Made by a program: the position numbers and the translations under genes. Shown one piece after another: positions 1-8,912 of a stretch of 24,240 nucleotides of DNA (positions are counted from its first letter, which is position 1; each line of letters opens with the position of its first letter). The stretch spans positions 1 to 24,240 of the IMG/VR virus record IMGVR_UViG_3300011438_000039. One strand, 5' to 3'. Source of the stretch: a virus. Lineage: Duplodnaviria > Caudoviricetes. The notes under the pieces were generated by a model. The model did not search any database, had not been told where the DNA came from, and worked only from the letters and a program-made list of their open reading frames with translations.

Positions 1-219
1 AAATAAGGTATCGCTTGCAACAGGGGAATAGTTGGCCGCCTTGGTGATCCAAGTCATATTTTTACTGGCCTTTTCTGCTACCAGTTCATCGAAGGCTGAC
101 TGTAGGTTTGTGCCGATTACATCCCCCGAAGGAGTAACCCGTATCTGGTTAGCACGCGGTTGCGTTTGCCCCAGTGCGAGAAGGGGAAATAATAATATAA
201 TTAGCGTCGGTAATCGCAT
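1..219 (-). CDS. Partial (3' truncated) fibre-like protein with Sec signal peptide; absent from ORF track
   Basis: ATG at 219, open to the window edge: MRLPTLIILLFPLLALG|QTQPRANQIRVTPSGDVIGTNLQSAFDELVAEK...; TNxQxAxDEL resembles a common phage fibre motif; overlaps the end of the upstream gene. Confidence 0.75.
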   Translation of the reverse strand, partial: MRLPTLIILLFPLLALGQTQPRANQIRVTPSGDVIGTNLQSAFDELVAEKASKNMTWITKAANYSPVASDTLF

Positions 220-842
220 AAAATAGTGTCGCCTGTAGTCGGCGCGGTTACAAATGTTATAGTCGTGCCACTTATGGTGTAGTCGGTGGTGATCTTTAAC
301 CGGATTCCGTTTTGATATACCTTCACGCTTCCAGTTAATGGCGTGTTTGCCAATACAAAATCATCGTTCACGTCGTCAATCGTACCGGAAGGAACCTCGC
401 CGTCTATGGTAGCCGTGCCGCTGGCTCCTATAATTCTGAAGTTGGTCCCGTTATGATGGAGCAAGTAGGTGGCACCAGCTTTGATGTCTCCTATGTTGGG
501 GTCGTTTCCAGCATTGTCTTTTATGGCCGCCGCCCCCAAGCTGTTGACGTTGATGGTCACCGTGGTTGCGGTATTGGCGTTGGTGAAGGTTACTAAAAGT
601 CTTTTTGTGCTGTTGTAAGCGGTTAGCGCCGGGTCGGGCGTGGCAGTGTAGGCGTTTGTTCCTGAGGCGGTTCCTAACACCAATAGATTGTCATACGCCT
701 CGGTAAAATTGGCGTTGATCTTCTGCATCGCCGTGCGCAACGGGTCGCCGGTATTGTCGTTTGGTGTGGTGCCAACGTTGATTACCTGCTGTTGGGCGCT
801 GGCCGTGAAAGAGAATAGAAGAAGTATAAATAAGAACCTCAT
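201..842 (-). CDS. Virion appendage/fibre-like protein with N-terminal signal peptide
   Basis: MRFLFILLLFSFTASA|QQQ; INVGTTPNDNTGDPLRTAMQKINANF (T4 gp9/gp10-like N-terminal motif); GTNAY...TINVNSLGA...GDIKAG fibre-type domain; C-terminal VYQNG...DYTISGTTITFVTAP domain; ATGA overlap with upstream gene. Confidence 0.75.
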   Translation of the reverse strand: MRFLFILLLFSFTASAQQQVINVGTTPNDNTGDPLRTAMQKINANFTEAYDNLLVLGTASGTNAYTATPDPALTAYNSTKRLLVTFTNANTATTVTINVNSLGAAAIKDNAGNDPNIGDIKAGATYLLHHNGTNFRIIGASGTATIDGEVPSGTIDDVNDDFVLANTPLTGSVKVYQNGIRLKITTDYTISGTTITFVTAPTTGDTILCDYRR

Positions 843-1390
843 CGTATGGTCTGGTCAGCGGTTATGATATCTGAATCCATCGTTATGTCTGTCGCGTCGA
901 CGGTCAAGGCCTCGGGGTTCGTGGCCAGGAAGTCGGTGGCTACAATTCTTTTCTCGAAGTACTTCGCGATAGGGTCCGACTGTTCCGGCAAAGTGAAAGC
1001 CGTCCCTAGCGCAATGTTTCCGTTAATATCCGAAATATTCCCCAATATTTCCCCGATTTGGGAAAAGTCACCATAAAGTTGGACGGCTAAATCAAAATGG
1101 GACTGTAAATAATGAGCCTCGTAGTTCTTTGTGGGGGCCAGAAACGGCACGTCGATAATTGGGCGCTTGCGGGTTAATCCAGGGGTATATTCTAACATCC
1201 CCAGCGCTACCGCCACAGTCCCACCAAACGTAGCGTCAAAGCTCGGATCAAATACACCCACATCCTCATAGCCGTTGATATTCACTTCAGGGTTAAGGGT
1301 GAGCAAGTCTTTAAGCCCTAGCGCAAAGTCTTTGTATAGCTTTACGGCTATATCAAAAAGGCTTTCATCGCTCAGGGGTTGATAAGTCAT
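839..1390 (-). CDS. Baseplate protein with two LysM-like repeats (gpX/gp53-like role)
   Basis: Repeats ESLFDIAVKLYKD and QSHFDLAVQLYGD; position after spike. Confidence 0.6.
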   Translation of the reverse strand: MTYQPLSDESLFDIAVKLYKDFALGLKDLLTLNPEVNINGYEDVGVFDPSFDATFGGTVAVALGMLEYTPGLTRKRPIIDVPFLAPTKNYEAHYLQSHFDLAVQLYGDFSQIGEILGNISDINGNIALGTAFTLPEQSDPIAKYFEKRIVATDFLATNPEALTVDATDITMDSDIITADQTIR

Positions 1391-1878
1391 TGTGTTATTT
1401 TTTCGTTGTCGATGTCTTGCGCTACGGTTGGTGTTAAGGTGCCTGAAACCTGAGTTGGGGTGATGGCTGACGATCCCGCGCCAGTTGTTACACCGGTGTG
1501 GACGTGCGTATTATAGGCCGTGATAATGTCATTAACCTTGTTTTCAAGGTTATTCAGTTTTGTAACGAGCGCATTAATAAGGACAAAGGCACCCTGAGCG
1601 CCATCAAAAAATTTAATGTTTTGAATCTCAGAGAACATCGAGACATACCCCTCCACATCATTGATCATTTGCACGATTACGACAGAGTCGACAGCCGGGG
1701 TAATTAGCATTCCGTCGTTGGTAGCCGCTGCCTGTAGGCGCACGTCCTCGATATCCGCAGATCCATCGATAGGCCGACATAAACAAGTTGCGCCCGTAAC
1801 TGTGACAACCTCACACACTATTGATTTGAGGTTTCTGTTTTCCCCTGATATTTTCCGTATGGCCTCCGCGATCTCCAT
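1387..1878 (-). CDS. Baseplate central spike (gpV/Mu gp45-like)
   Basis: OB-fold-like N-terminus (DVRL...ITPAVDSVVIV), C-terminal HxH (NTHVHTGV) metal-binding apex; follows hub. Confidence 0.8.
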   Translation of the reverse strand: MEIAEAIRKISGENRNLKSIVCEVVTVTGATCLCRPIDGSADIEDVRLQAAATNDGMLITPAVDSVVIVQMINDVEGYVSMFSEIQNIKFFDGAQGAFVLINALVTKLNNLENKVNDIITAYNTHVHTGVTTGAGSSAITPTQVSGTLTPTVAQDIDNEKITQ

Positions 1879-2861
1879 TATATTTTACGATCTAAGGTTA
1901 TTTCCTGCCTTCCGCCATCCATGCCGAACGTTGTGACTACCTGGCGGACCAGATAAATCCCATTGCGGTCAGGAATCAACGGATCAACCAACCGTATCGC
2001 ATCACCGTGCTTGACATAAGGCTGCAAAAACGTAGTGAACGATCCACGGAAGCCTTCATACTTTAATTTTTCCAGCGCCTCATTCGCTAAATCCTGTAAG
2101 GTCTGCGCACTGACGTTATAGAAATACATTGTACGCTGATCCCCGAACGGATCACCTACCTTTATCTCTGTTCGTGTGTTATTAGGGTGAACATTTACCG
2201 CTGTTACCTGAATGCTTACGTCATCATCCCGGAGGTAGGAAAGATTTGAGTCGTCGATAATATTTTTGTAAAACCCGAATTCCAGTAAGTTATCCTCGTT
2301 CAATTCAGTGGTGCGGCCAAGTTGATAGGCGAATCCGACGTAAAGAACTGAATCGCGGAAATAAGCGGATAGCCCATACGTTCGGCGGATATAATCCAAC
2401 ACCTCGGCTACACTGGCGCGGGTGATACGAAACTTACTCAAGTCGATATCGTCGGCCACAAAGGAGAAAGTAGAGGGTAAGATATCAGTTAACAATTGAC
2501 GCAACCCTACCGTTTTTGTGTACTTGGGAATACTCACCTGTTTGAGTTGCCACATGGCATCTTCGCACCAAAACTCAGGCGGTAATTTTGTTTGAATACC
2601 TGTTATGAATCCCGTGAACCGGCGGTCATTAATATTATCATAGCCTAAATTGATTTCAACCGCGTCGCCACGCTTCCAAAGTCCATCTACCCCCACGGTG
2701 ATATTTTCAGAGGAAACGCCATCTTTTTTTAATCTCAACTTACGGGGCATAACGATCCTGGCGGTATCGGTCAGGCGTTCCCATGTAGAGGTTATTTCGA
2801 CATTGTTGACAAAGTCAAACTGATAATCCCCAAGCGTAATATTTGAGGTTAACCGGATCAT
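1878..2861 (-). CDS. Baseplate hub (late control D / Mu gp44-like)
   Basis: 327 aa; LTDTARIVMP, GDAVEINLGY, FRGSFTTF...GIYLVRQVVTTFG..GGRQEI pattern; synteny. Confidence 0.8.
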   Translation of the reverse strand: MIRLTSNITLGDYQFDFVNNVEITSTWERLTDTARIVMPRKLRLKKDGVSSENITVGVDGLWKRGDAVEINLGYDNINDRRFTGFITGIQTKLPPEFWCEDAMWQLKQVSIPKYTKTVGLRQLLTDILPSTFSFVADDIDLSKFRITRASVAEVLDYIRRTYGLSAYFRDSVLYVGFAYQLGRTTELNEDNLLEFGFYKNIIDDSNLSYLRDDDVSIQVTAVNVHPNNTRTEIKVGDPFGDQRTMYFYNVSAQTLQDLANEALEKLKYEGFRGSFTTFLQPYVKHGDAIRLVDPLIPDRNGIYLVRQVVTTFGMDGGRQEITLDRKI

Positions 2862-3442
2862 ATCCCCTTGTTTGGATTCAATTGAAATTCTAACGGGCGA
2901 TCAGATGAGGCAAGAATCTTGAAGGGCTGCTCATTGCGTGAGCCCATTTTTTCGGGGAACTCATAGTCCTCAATGACAATGGAGTCGATTCCAAACAGGT
3001 CCAAAAAAAACGAGATCACCGGTATCTGCGTGTTTAACTTCAAATACCTCAACAGTAAATCCACATCCTCACGAGGGTACACAAGCGGGGCAGGAGAGAC
3101 GATAGCCCCCATAATCGTAACCATGTAGTCACCCTCAGAAATAAACTCCTTAACTGTTCCATTGCGTCCTTGTATCGATGTTTTAACTATATTTTTAGTT
3201 TGCTGTACAATCATGAGCACCGTATCTATTCGCAGGTCTTGTTTCCCAGCGTTGGGGTTGACCGTTGTGGCCGAGCCCACATCTACCCCTTCAGATGAAA
3301 ATATAAGATTTGAATATACCGGTGTGCCTAGGTAAGAGGTCGCAATAGGTTCGTCCTCTGGATCGGGAGTAAAAAAGTACCTTGGAAAGAAATCGCTATT
3401 CAGCGCGGGTAACTGGGGCGGTATGAAAAAACCATTTGGCAT
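2858..3442 (-). CDS. DUF6046-like tail tube initiator
   Basis: KNIVKTSIQGRNGTVKEFISEGDY...SSD motif; directly downstream of tape measure. Confidence 0.75.
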   Translation of the reverse strand: MPNGFFIPPQLPALNSDFFPRYFFTPDPEDEPIATSYLGTPVYSNLIFSSEGVDVGSATTVNPNAGKQDLRIDTVLMIVQQTKNIVKTSIQGRNGTVKEFISEGDYMVTIMGAIVSPAPLVYPREDVDLLLRYLKLNTQIPVISFFLDLFGIDSIVIEDYEFPEKMGSRNEQPFKILASSDRPLEFQLNPNKGI

Positions 3443-3443
3443 T

Positions 3444-4883
3444 TTATTGTGCTATGATGTTTACGTCATTGACCGCTGTTAAAAGGGCTCTTTTTAAGAA
3501 CTCGGTTAATTGCGCCTCACTTCTTTCCGGGGACTTCGTAAAGTTTACACTCTCAATGAGTTTATTAATGTTAAGGGTCACGTTGCGTGTGCCGGATTGA
3601 ATCTTTTCAACGCCTGCCTCTTTGCCTGTTGACTTTGCGCCTCCGGATGCACCCATTGAGCCGGCAAAATTGCCTGCCGTGGTAGCTCCGCCTTTGCCAC
3701 TCTTAAAACCTGATCCATAAAACAGGTTGTTAAATATCTTTTCCTGGCCACTCATCCACTCATCCGCCATGCTCTTAAAATCATCGGTCAGCTTTGCGGC
3801 GCTGCTTTCTACTTTAGCAATACCTAACGCCATCTTACCGTAATCTTGTGTTAGTCCGCCCACTAGCGCCTGAACAAAGCCGTCGATAACAGGCACCGAA
3901 TTAATCATCAATTGAATTAACTCCCGTACCCCAAGTGCCAGTAATCCAACTGATCCAGCCGCCACCGCTACCCCTGTGGCAAAATTATGAAAGACGTCTT
4001 GAGCGTCGCTGCCAAACACATTGAACAATGGCTTAACAATATCCCATAATCCACCGAGCTGATCGCCGAGCGCCTGTATTGGATTTAGAAGCAGAGAAAA
4101 ATCTAACTGTGGTATTAGTTGAATCCATTCATTCATTATCGGAATGATCTGATTGCCGATAGTGAGCTTGATATCGGTGAGGAAGTTTTTGAAGCGGTTC
4201 CAATTAGAATTAAAACTTTGTTGTGATGACAAGACACCCGGAGAAAAGGTCTTTCGTAATTCCTGGGCAAATAATGGCAAGGTGTCCTCCGCTATCACCT
4301 CCCCATCTTGGAGCATCTTGTTAAGTTTTTTGGTCGATACCCCCAAGGCGCGCGCGAATATCTGGAAGGCACCCGGCAGGCGTTCACCCAACTGACCGCG
4401 TAATTCTTCGGCCTGTACGTTACCCTTGGAGATCATTTGCCCTAAGGCCAGAAATGTACCCTCGGTTTGATCGGCGGACAGCTTCATTACCGTGGCTGCC
4501 TCTGAGACAGCTTTGAATATTTCCAATCCTTTCTCACCTTCAAGGCTCGTGCCCATAAGCGCACCCTGAAAAGTTTTGAACCCTTTATAGGTTGACATCA
4601 CGTCAAGCCCAAGGCGGTTAATTTCATCGTCAAGGAACTGTAAATTCCGGGTAGCATTCTCTCCGGAGGCAAAGGTGATGGCGTCGCGCATGTTGGTAAA
4701 CTCGCGGGTAACATCGAACGCCGCGGTAGCAAAATCCAGTAATTTATCGGCGGCAAAAACAGTTACTATCGTGTTGCCCAAACTATTCAGGCTAGACTCA
4801 AAATGATTCATCTTCCCCTCAATGCCTGCTAGGGGTGAACTGAACTTATCAACGAGTCGGACGATATAACTGGCTTCAGGCAT
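3444..4883 (-). CDS. Tape measure protein
   Basis: ALGQMISKGNVQAEELRGQLGERLPGA tape-measure domain; Ala/Gly-rich; follows chaperone. Confidence 0.92.
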   Translation of the reverse strand: MPEASYIVRLVDKFSSPLAGIEGKMNHFESSLNSLGNTIVTVFAADKLLDFATAAFDVTREFTNMRDAITFASGENATRNLQFLDDEINRLGLDVMSTYKGFKTFQGALMGTSLEGEKGLEIFKAVSEAATVMKLSADQTEGTFLALGQMISKGNVQAEELRGQLGERLPGAFQIFARALGVSTKKLNKMLQDGEVIAEDTLPLFAQELRKTFSPGVLSSQQSFNSNWNRFKNFLTDIKLTIGNQIIPIMNEWIQLIPQLDFSLLLNPIQALGDQLGGLWDIVKPLFNVFGSDAQDVFHNFATGVAVAAGSVGLLALGVRELIQLMINSVPVIDGFVQALVGGLTQDYGKMALGIAKVESSAAKLTDDFKSMADEWMSGQEKIFNNLFYGSGFKSGKGGATTAGNFAGSMGASGGAKSTGKEAGVEKIQSGTRNVTLNINKLIESVNFTKSPERSEAQLTEFLKRALLTAVNDVNIIAQ

Positions 4884-4884
4884 T

Positions 4885-5393
4885 TTATCCTTTCTTTACT
4901 TCTTCGATCTTCAATTTGCCATCGAACTGAAGTGCGTACCTCAACTGACCCCAGTCCTTTGCGATCTGTTCAACCGCGTCACCATCTTGGTGAAAATAAA
5001 AACGGATTAGTGCTTTAACTTGCGCTAACCCGTTCGACGTTGAGATATCCTCCAGTACGATGTGGCCTTTATCCCATTGGACCGGGATCTCATACTCCGC
5101 TAATTTTTTTTTAACTCTCCTTGAACCGGTTCCAGTATCTCCGTGATTGTCTTCATACAAAAGACGAACGGGATAATATTATTTTTATCAAACTCTTCTT
5201 TCAACTTGCTCACCTCATCACCCCCCACCTTGGTAGAGTTCAGGAACAGTATAAACGCTTCAATCCATTTCTTTTTTTCAATCAGTGTTTGAACGGCCAT
5301 GAACTCATCTATTCCGAGTTCACGAAGTTCATAATTGAGAAATTCCCCGTTCCGTGAAACGGGAATCTTCAGTTTCCAGGCTGCTGCTTCCAT
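4885..5393 (-). CDS. Tail assembly chaperone, long -1 frameshift product (GT-like, about 169 aa)
   Basis: ORF 4885..5160 is in the -1 frame of 5100..5393 and overlaps it across an A9 run; ends 1 nt before the tape measure start. Confidence 0.8.
5100..5393 (-). CDS. Tail assembly chaperone (G-like, 97 aa)
   Basis: Between tube and tape measure; ends ELKKN* at the slippery site. Confidence 0.85.
   Translation of the reverse strand: MEAAAWKLKIPVSRNGEFLNYELRELGIDEFMAVQTLIEKKKWIEAFILFLNSTKVGGDEVSKLKEEFDKNNIIPFVFCMKTITEILEPVQGELKKN
5104..5112 (-). other. Programmed -1 ribosomal frameshift site
   Basis: Coding strand GAG TTA AAA AAA AAT TAG contains A AAA AAA / A AAA AAT; the -1 frame continues KKKLAEYEIP. 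Confidence 0.8.
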
Positions 5394-5394
5394 G

Positions 5395-5823
5395 TTATTT
5401 GTATGCTATGTCCGCTATGCTTAATTCAAGCTCTTCCTCTATTTGTGAGTTCCCTACCTGGGAGTCTGTTTTCCTTCCCATGAAGCGGACCTTAATGAGT
5501 CGGTGCCGAGTAAATTTCCCGTCCTCAGTTGCAAAATTTACACCTATTGGGAAGTCGGGAATATTCTGAATACGCCCTAAAGGTGCTGCTTGTGAAAGCC
5601 GTTCAACTTCCTCCATCGTCAAGGTGATACTCCCCTCCGGGGTTACTGGACCGAACCCTCTCGATGTGGGTTTATGTCCGGTGGCGTGGTTCAGGGTGAT
5701 CTGCTGGGGGTCTGAATATTTGATTGCCGTCACCCCAATGACAGGCGCACCCAGGATGTTAACAACAACCTCAGCGTGCGTATAGGAAACCCCATTAATT
5801 AGGGGAGGTGTTGAAGCAATCAT
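5395..5823 (-). CDS. Tail tube protein
   Basis: PLINGVSY...GVTAIKY...SRGFG...EGSITL pattern; 142 aa directly after sheath. Confidence 0.85.
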   Translation of the reverse strand: MIASTPPLINGVSYTHAEVVVNILGAPVIGVTAIKYSDPQQITLNHATGHKPTSRGFGPVTPEGSITLTMEEVERLSQAAPLGRIQNIPDFPIGVNFATEDGKFTRHRLIKVRFMGRKTDSQVGNSQIEEELELSIADIAYK

Positions 5824-6992
5824 ATCGAAGTCGTTAAACCAATGTTTACTACTATTGTCTCTGCGATACCTACCGGAATAATCTGAACAGATACCGTTAG
5901 CGTGGAGGTACTCAATACATTTTGAGTCGGGTCAACCAAACAAACACCGTCTGAAATCTCACCGTCGGCCTTCATGTCGTCAAGTACATCCTGCCCTAAG
6001 TCTTGAAAATACCCTACCGTGTCGGCGCTTAACTTTCCGTTTGCGTCCAGGTAGAGGGTACTATTCAGTTGAGGGATAAGTTTTGTTCTGATCCCACGAA
6101 TGGCTTTGTCCACCATGCGCACCACTTCAATCCATGCAAAGTCATTTGTCGCTGGCACCGCTGTAGGGCACCGCTCGAAATAAGATCCTGATAGGTCGGG
6201 TGTGTACTTACGAAGAATCAAATATCCATCGTCCTTTATTCCTCCTAGGGCCGTGCTTGTTAATGCGCTAACCAAGTCACCGTTTGCTAGTGCGGGGATT
6301 TCAAGTTCTGTGCCGTCACTTACGTTGAAGTTCGCGGGGTTACCGATGGACTCCATTACCTTGGCTTTGGAAAGCGCACCTAGCGCTGCCCCAATGGTTG
6401 TGATAGATTGCGATTGGGCCACATACAACGCTGCCCCTACACCGCCGCCATCCTGACCGGCTACCACTGTTACTTTCTCTGCGGCTAACGCCCGTAAATC
6501 ACCCACAGAAGACCACCCGGATACTGCGGTTATAGCCTCCATGTTGGCGGCAAACAATACCGAAAACTGCCGGTAGGCTGCGTCGAGTCCGTCAATGATT
6601 GCCTGAATAGCTGTAACCTGAGAGGTGGCAAATGTTTCCGCTCCGGCATAGATGGCTAGTTGTCGTATCTCGCCGCCAGCGAAAAGAATAAAGGGCGATA
6701 TTTCAGCCCATGCGTAAGGGGCAGGGACCGGAAAATACCCTATCCATAATTCGCCCTCGGGCTGAATCCGGAAATATTCAGATACGTGATAATGATCGAT
6801 TGGATTGGCCGCAACCGTGACCCCCAAGGCCTCGGCTTCAGCCAATGAATATACCTTTTGCTTATTAACGGAAGAGAAACCAGCGGGAGGGGTGCTATCA
6901 TAAAAGATGATACCAGATATTTTGTCCTGGTTGGGCGCCCTTCGCCCAAGCCCGGACTGCCCTACGTTGATTGTTAACGCGCTTAAACCCAT
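5820..6992 (-). CDS. Tail sheath protein (DUF2586-like)
   Basis: HYHVSEYFR, GEIRQLAIY, RMVDKAIRGIR, DPTQNVLSTS...IIPVG...I.VNIG; 390 aa. Confidence 0.85.
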   Translation of the reverse strand: MGLSALTINVGQSGLGRRAPNQDKISGIIFYDSTPPAGFSSVNKQKVYSLAEAEALGVTVAANPIDHYHVSEYFRIQPEGELWIGYFPVPAPYAWAEISPFILFAGGEIRQLAIYAGAETFATSQVTAIQAIIDGLDAAYRQFSVLFAANMEAITAVSGWSSVGDLRALAAEKVTVVAGQDGGGVGAALYVAQSQSITTIGAALGALSKAKVMESIGNPANFNVSDGTELEIPALANGDLVSALTSTALGGIKDDGYLILRKYTPDLSGSYFERCPTAVPATNDFAWIEVVRMVDKAIRGIRTKLIPQLNSTLYLDANGKLSADTVGYFQDLGQDVLDDMKADGEISDGVCLVDPTQNVLSTSTLTVSVQIIPVGIAETIVVNIGLTTSI

Positions 6993-7249
6993 TTGATGGT
7001 GAAGATTTTAACTTTCTTTTCCGCCGCGTACACTCTGGCCGCGTTGTATTTGTAAAAAACTTGCTTGTCTTCGGTGACGTGGACCGCCTTCACGTTGTCG
7101 GGCGGTGTGTAATGTTGGTGTACGAATGCAACAGCCTGGCTTTCGTCTTCGATTGTTACACCGATCTCAACGGGCTCACCTTGAAGAAAATCTTTTTGGG
7201 AAAACTCTTCAGCCTGGCTTTCGTCTTCCTGTTGTTTTTTCTTTGCCAT
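6983..7249 (-). CDS. Small hypothetical virion/assembly protein
   Basis: Tightly packed in the operon; acidic N-terminus with duplicated EDESQA. Confidence 0.7.
   Translation of the reverse strand: MAKKKQQEDESQAEEFSQKDFLQGEPVEIGVTIEDESQAVAFVHQHYTPPDNVKAVHVTEDKQVFYKYNAARVYAAEKKVKIFTIKWV
7132..7228. repeat. 19-bp perfect direct repeat, 78-bp period
   Basis: cagcctggctttcgtcttc at 7132-7150 and 7210-7228. Confidence 0.95.
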
Positions 7250-7252
7250 TTT

Positions 7253-7615
7253 TTATGGTGCATCAACAACCTTTTGCCATGTCGAAACCGCCAGAAACGC
7301 CGTGCCATCATAGACCAATATGATCACATCTGAATCAGAAGCCACGCCGGTAAGATCCGGCACCTCGGCATCAAAGCCAGTTCCTAACGTAAAGTCCCTT
7401 CCTGTTGTAGTCTGATCAACATAGATTATCAGTTCGGAGCCGGCTTTTACTTCAGAATCAATTGACAGATTAAGCGTTACCGCACCCGCTGGGGCAGTGT
7501 ACTTCAAAATCGTTTTGCTGTTCGTTATTACAGGTGTTAGTGTCCCGGTTCCAGCGTTCACTAGCTGATAATCAGCCACGCCAAAAGGCCACTTGATTGT
7601 TGTTGCTGTTGTCAT
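7253..7615 (-). CDS. Putative head decoration protein, paralog 2
   Basis: Thr-rich beta protein after capsid; KWPFGVADYQ...DSEVKAG...LGTG...YDGTAF aligns with 7629..7970. Confidence 0.6.
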   Translation of the reverse strand: MTTATTIKWPFGVADYQLVNAGTGTLTPVITNSKTILKYTAPAGAVTLNLSIDSEVKAGSELIIYVDQTTTGRDFTLGTGFDAEVPDLTGVASDSDVIILVYDGTAFLAVSTWQKVVDAP

Positions 7616-7628
7616 TTATACAATCTGT

Positions 7629-7970
7629 TTAATCAATCAATTCAACAAAGCCGACAGCATCGAAATTTGTCCCTGTATACATGAAAAGTTTTGTTCTTGT
7701 CTTACCGGCAGAGCCAGTGATAAGAACCCCTTCAATACCAGTTCCAAAAGTCAATGTCTCTGTGCCTGTTGTCTTGAACTTTACCAAAAGCAAAGCACCT
7801 TTCTTTACCTCGCTGTCAACGGTGACATTCATTGTCACGTTTGCCGTGGCAATGGCAGGCTCAAAAATTGTGAGGCTATTGGTAATCGTAACCTCCTGAG
7901 TTGTTGCGTGCGCGGGTGCTTGATGATCCGCTGGCCCGTTCGGCCATTTCACTGTTGCTGTTGTTGTCAT
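7629..7970 (-). CDS. Putative head decoration protein, paralog 1
   Basis: Immediately after MCP; KWPNGPADHQ...DSEVKKG...FGTG...YTGTNF. Confidence 0.6.
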   Translation of the reverse strand: MTTTATVKWPNGPADHQAPAHATTQEVTITNSLTIFEPAIATANVTMNVTVDSEVKKGALLLVKFKTTGTETLTFGTGIEGVLITGSAGKTRTKLFMYTGTNFDAVGFVELID

Positions 7971-7973
7971 GTG

Positions 7974-8909
7974 CTATGCGTTATCTTCAAATAGAACTAC
8001 AATGCCTTTTTTATCATTGCGTGCTGCCACTGCGCCGAACATTGCTAAGCCTGACATCACATGGCCCCAAAGTTCTGGTCTGTATTCTGATACATCCACG
8101 CGGGTTGCGCCTTGTGCGAGTCTTACATAGTTTGGTGAATAGAAAACAGCCGCGTTCTGGTCCGTTGCCGCTTCCGCGGCGCCTTCTGCTTTCAACACAT
8201 CGGAAGTGCTGTAAATCAACGCCTCTGAACGTATATACCAATCAAACCCGAATGCTCTGGCAAGCACACCGCCCGGAAGACTTGTGCGACCTGAAGAACC
8301 AGCCTTTTCGGCGTCCGTGAATTGAGCAATTTTGATCAAATCGGTTTTCATGGAGTAGGGTATAACCGCCACACCCATTAAATCCTCATTTTCTGGCAAC
8401 ACATCGGTTTTGTGGAATACCTGTTGAACACTCGCCAAGTCGGCAACTGTGATAGCCTTCCGGTTGCCGGTTTGTACGCCCCCTTTAGACTCCACGGCGC
8501 GGCTTGATCCTGTTGAGGGAATTAAGGCCGTTACACCTGTTGCCCATTTTACAAGGGCACGCTTGGCCATCTTCTCACGGATCGCCAGGATATGATCCTT
8601 CAAAATGTCGGCACGTTTATTCATGCCACCCATTTCAATGAGGGTTTCAAGATTACGTAGCAACGTAGGATCTGAGGTGAGTTCCTCCATTTCGTAATTG
8701 TGGGGAACGTCTGTGCGCTGAGTTATGGCGCCTGGCAATGACACGCGGTTGACCTCGACACCTGGAACAGAGCCGGCGTTTTGAAGTTCAACGGTATTAT
8801 TATTTACCTTGTCATCATCGCGCTTTGCCCGTGTCATAAACCCAGTTGATGGGAATAGATTTGGGACAATCTCGTTGGTAAATAACCGGGTTACTAATTC
8901 TGCTGCCAT
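7974..8909 (-). CDS. Major capsid protein
   Basis: 311 aa directly after protease/scaffold; AGSVPGVEVNR..LP..ITQRTD, GVLARAFGFD. Confidence 0.85.
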   Translation of the reverse strand: MAAELVTRLFTNEIVPNLFPSTGFMTRAKRDDDKVNNNTVELQNAGSVPGVEVNRVSLPGAITQRTDVPHNYEMEELTSDPTLLRNLETLIEMGGMNKRADILKDHILAIREKMAKRALVKWATGVTALIPSTGSSRAVESKGGVQTGNRKAITVADLASVQQVFHKTDVLPENEDLMGVAVIPYSMKTDLIKIAQFTDAEKAGSSGRTSLPGGVLARAFGFDWYIRSEALIYSTSDVLKAEGAAEAATDQNAAVFYSPNYVRLAQGATRVDVSEYRPELWGHVMSGLAMFGAVAARNDKKGIVVLFEDNA

Positions 8910-8912
8910 GTC

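Noticed and set aside
32-226. + strand 64-aa ORF with hydrophobic start
   Set aside because: Antisense shadow of the minus-strand gene 1..219, which fits the operon
1048-1066. tttccccgatttgggaaaa resembling the 16172 palindrome
   Set aside because: Inside a CDS, imperfect and AT-rich; likely chance
3003-3010. A8 run in the DUF6046-like gene as a phase-variation site
   Set aside because: Mid-domain in a presumably essential gene; explained by Phe-Phe-Leu codons
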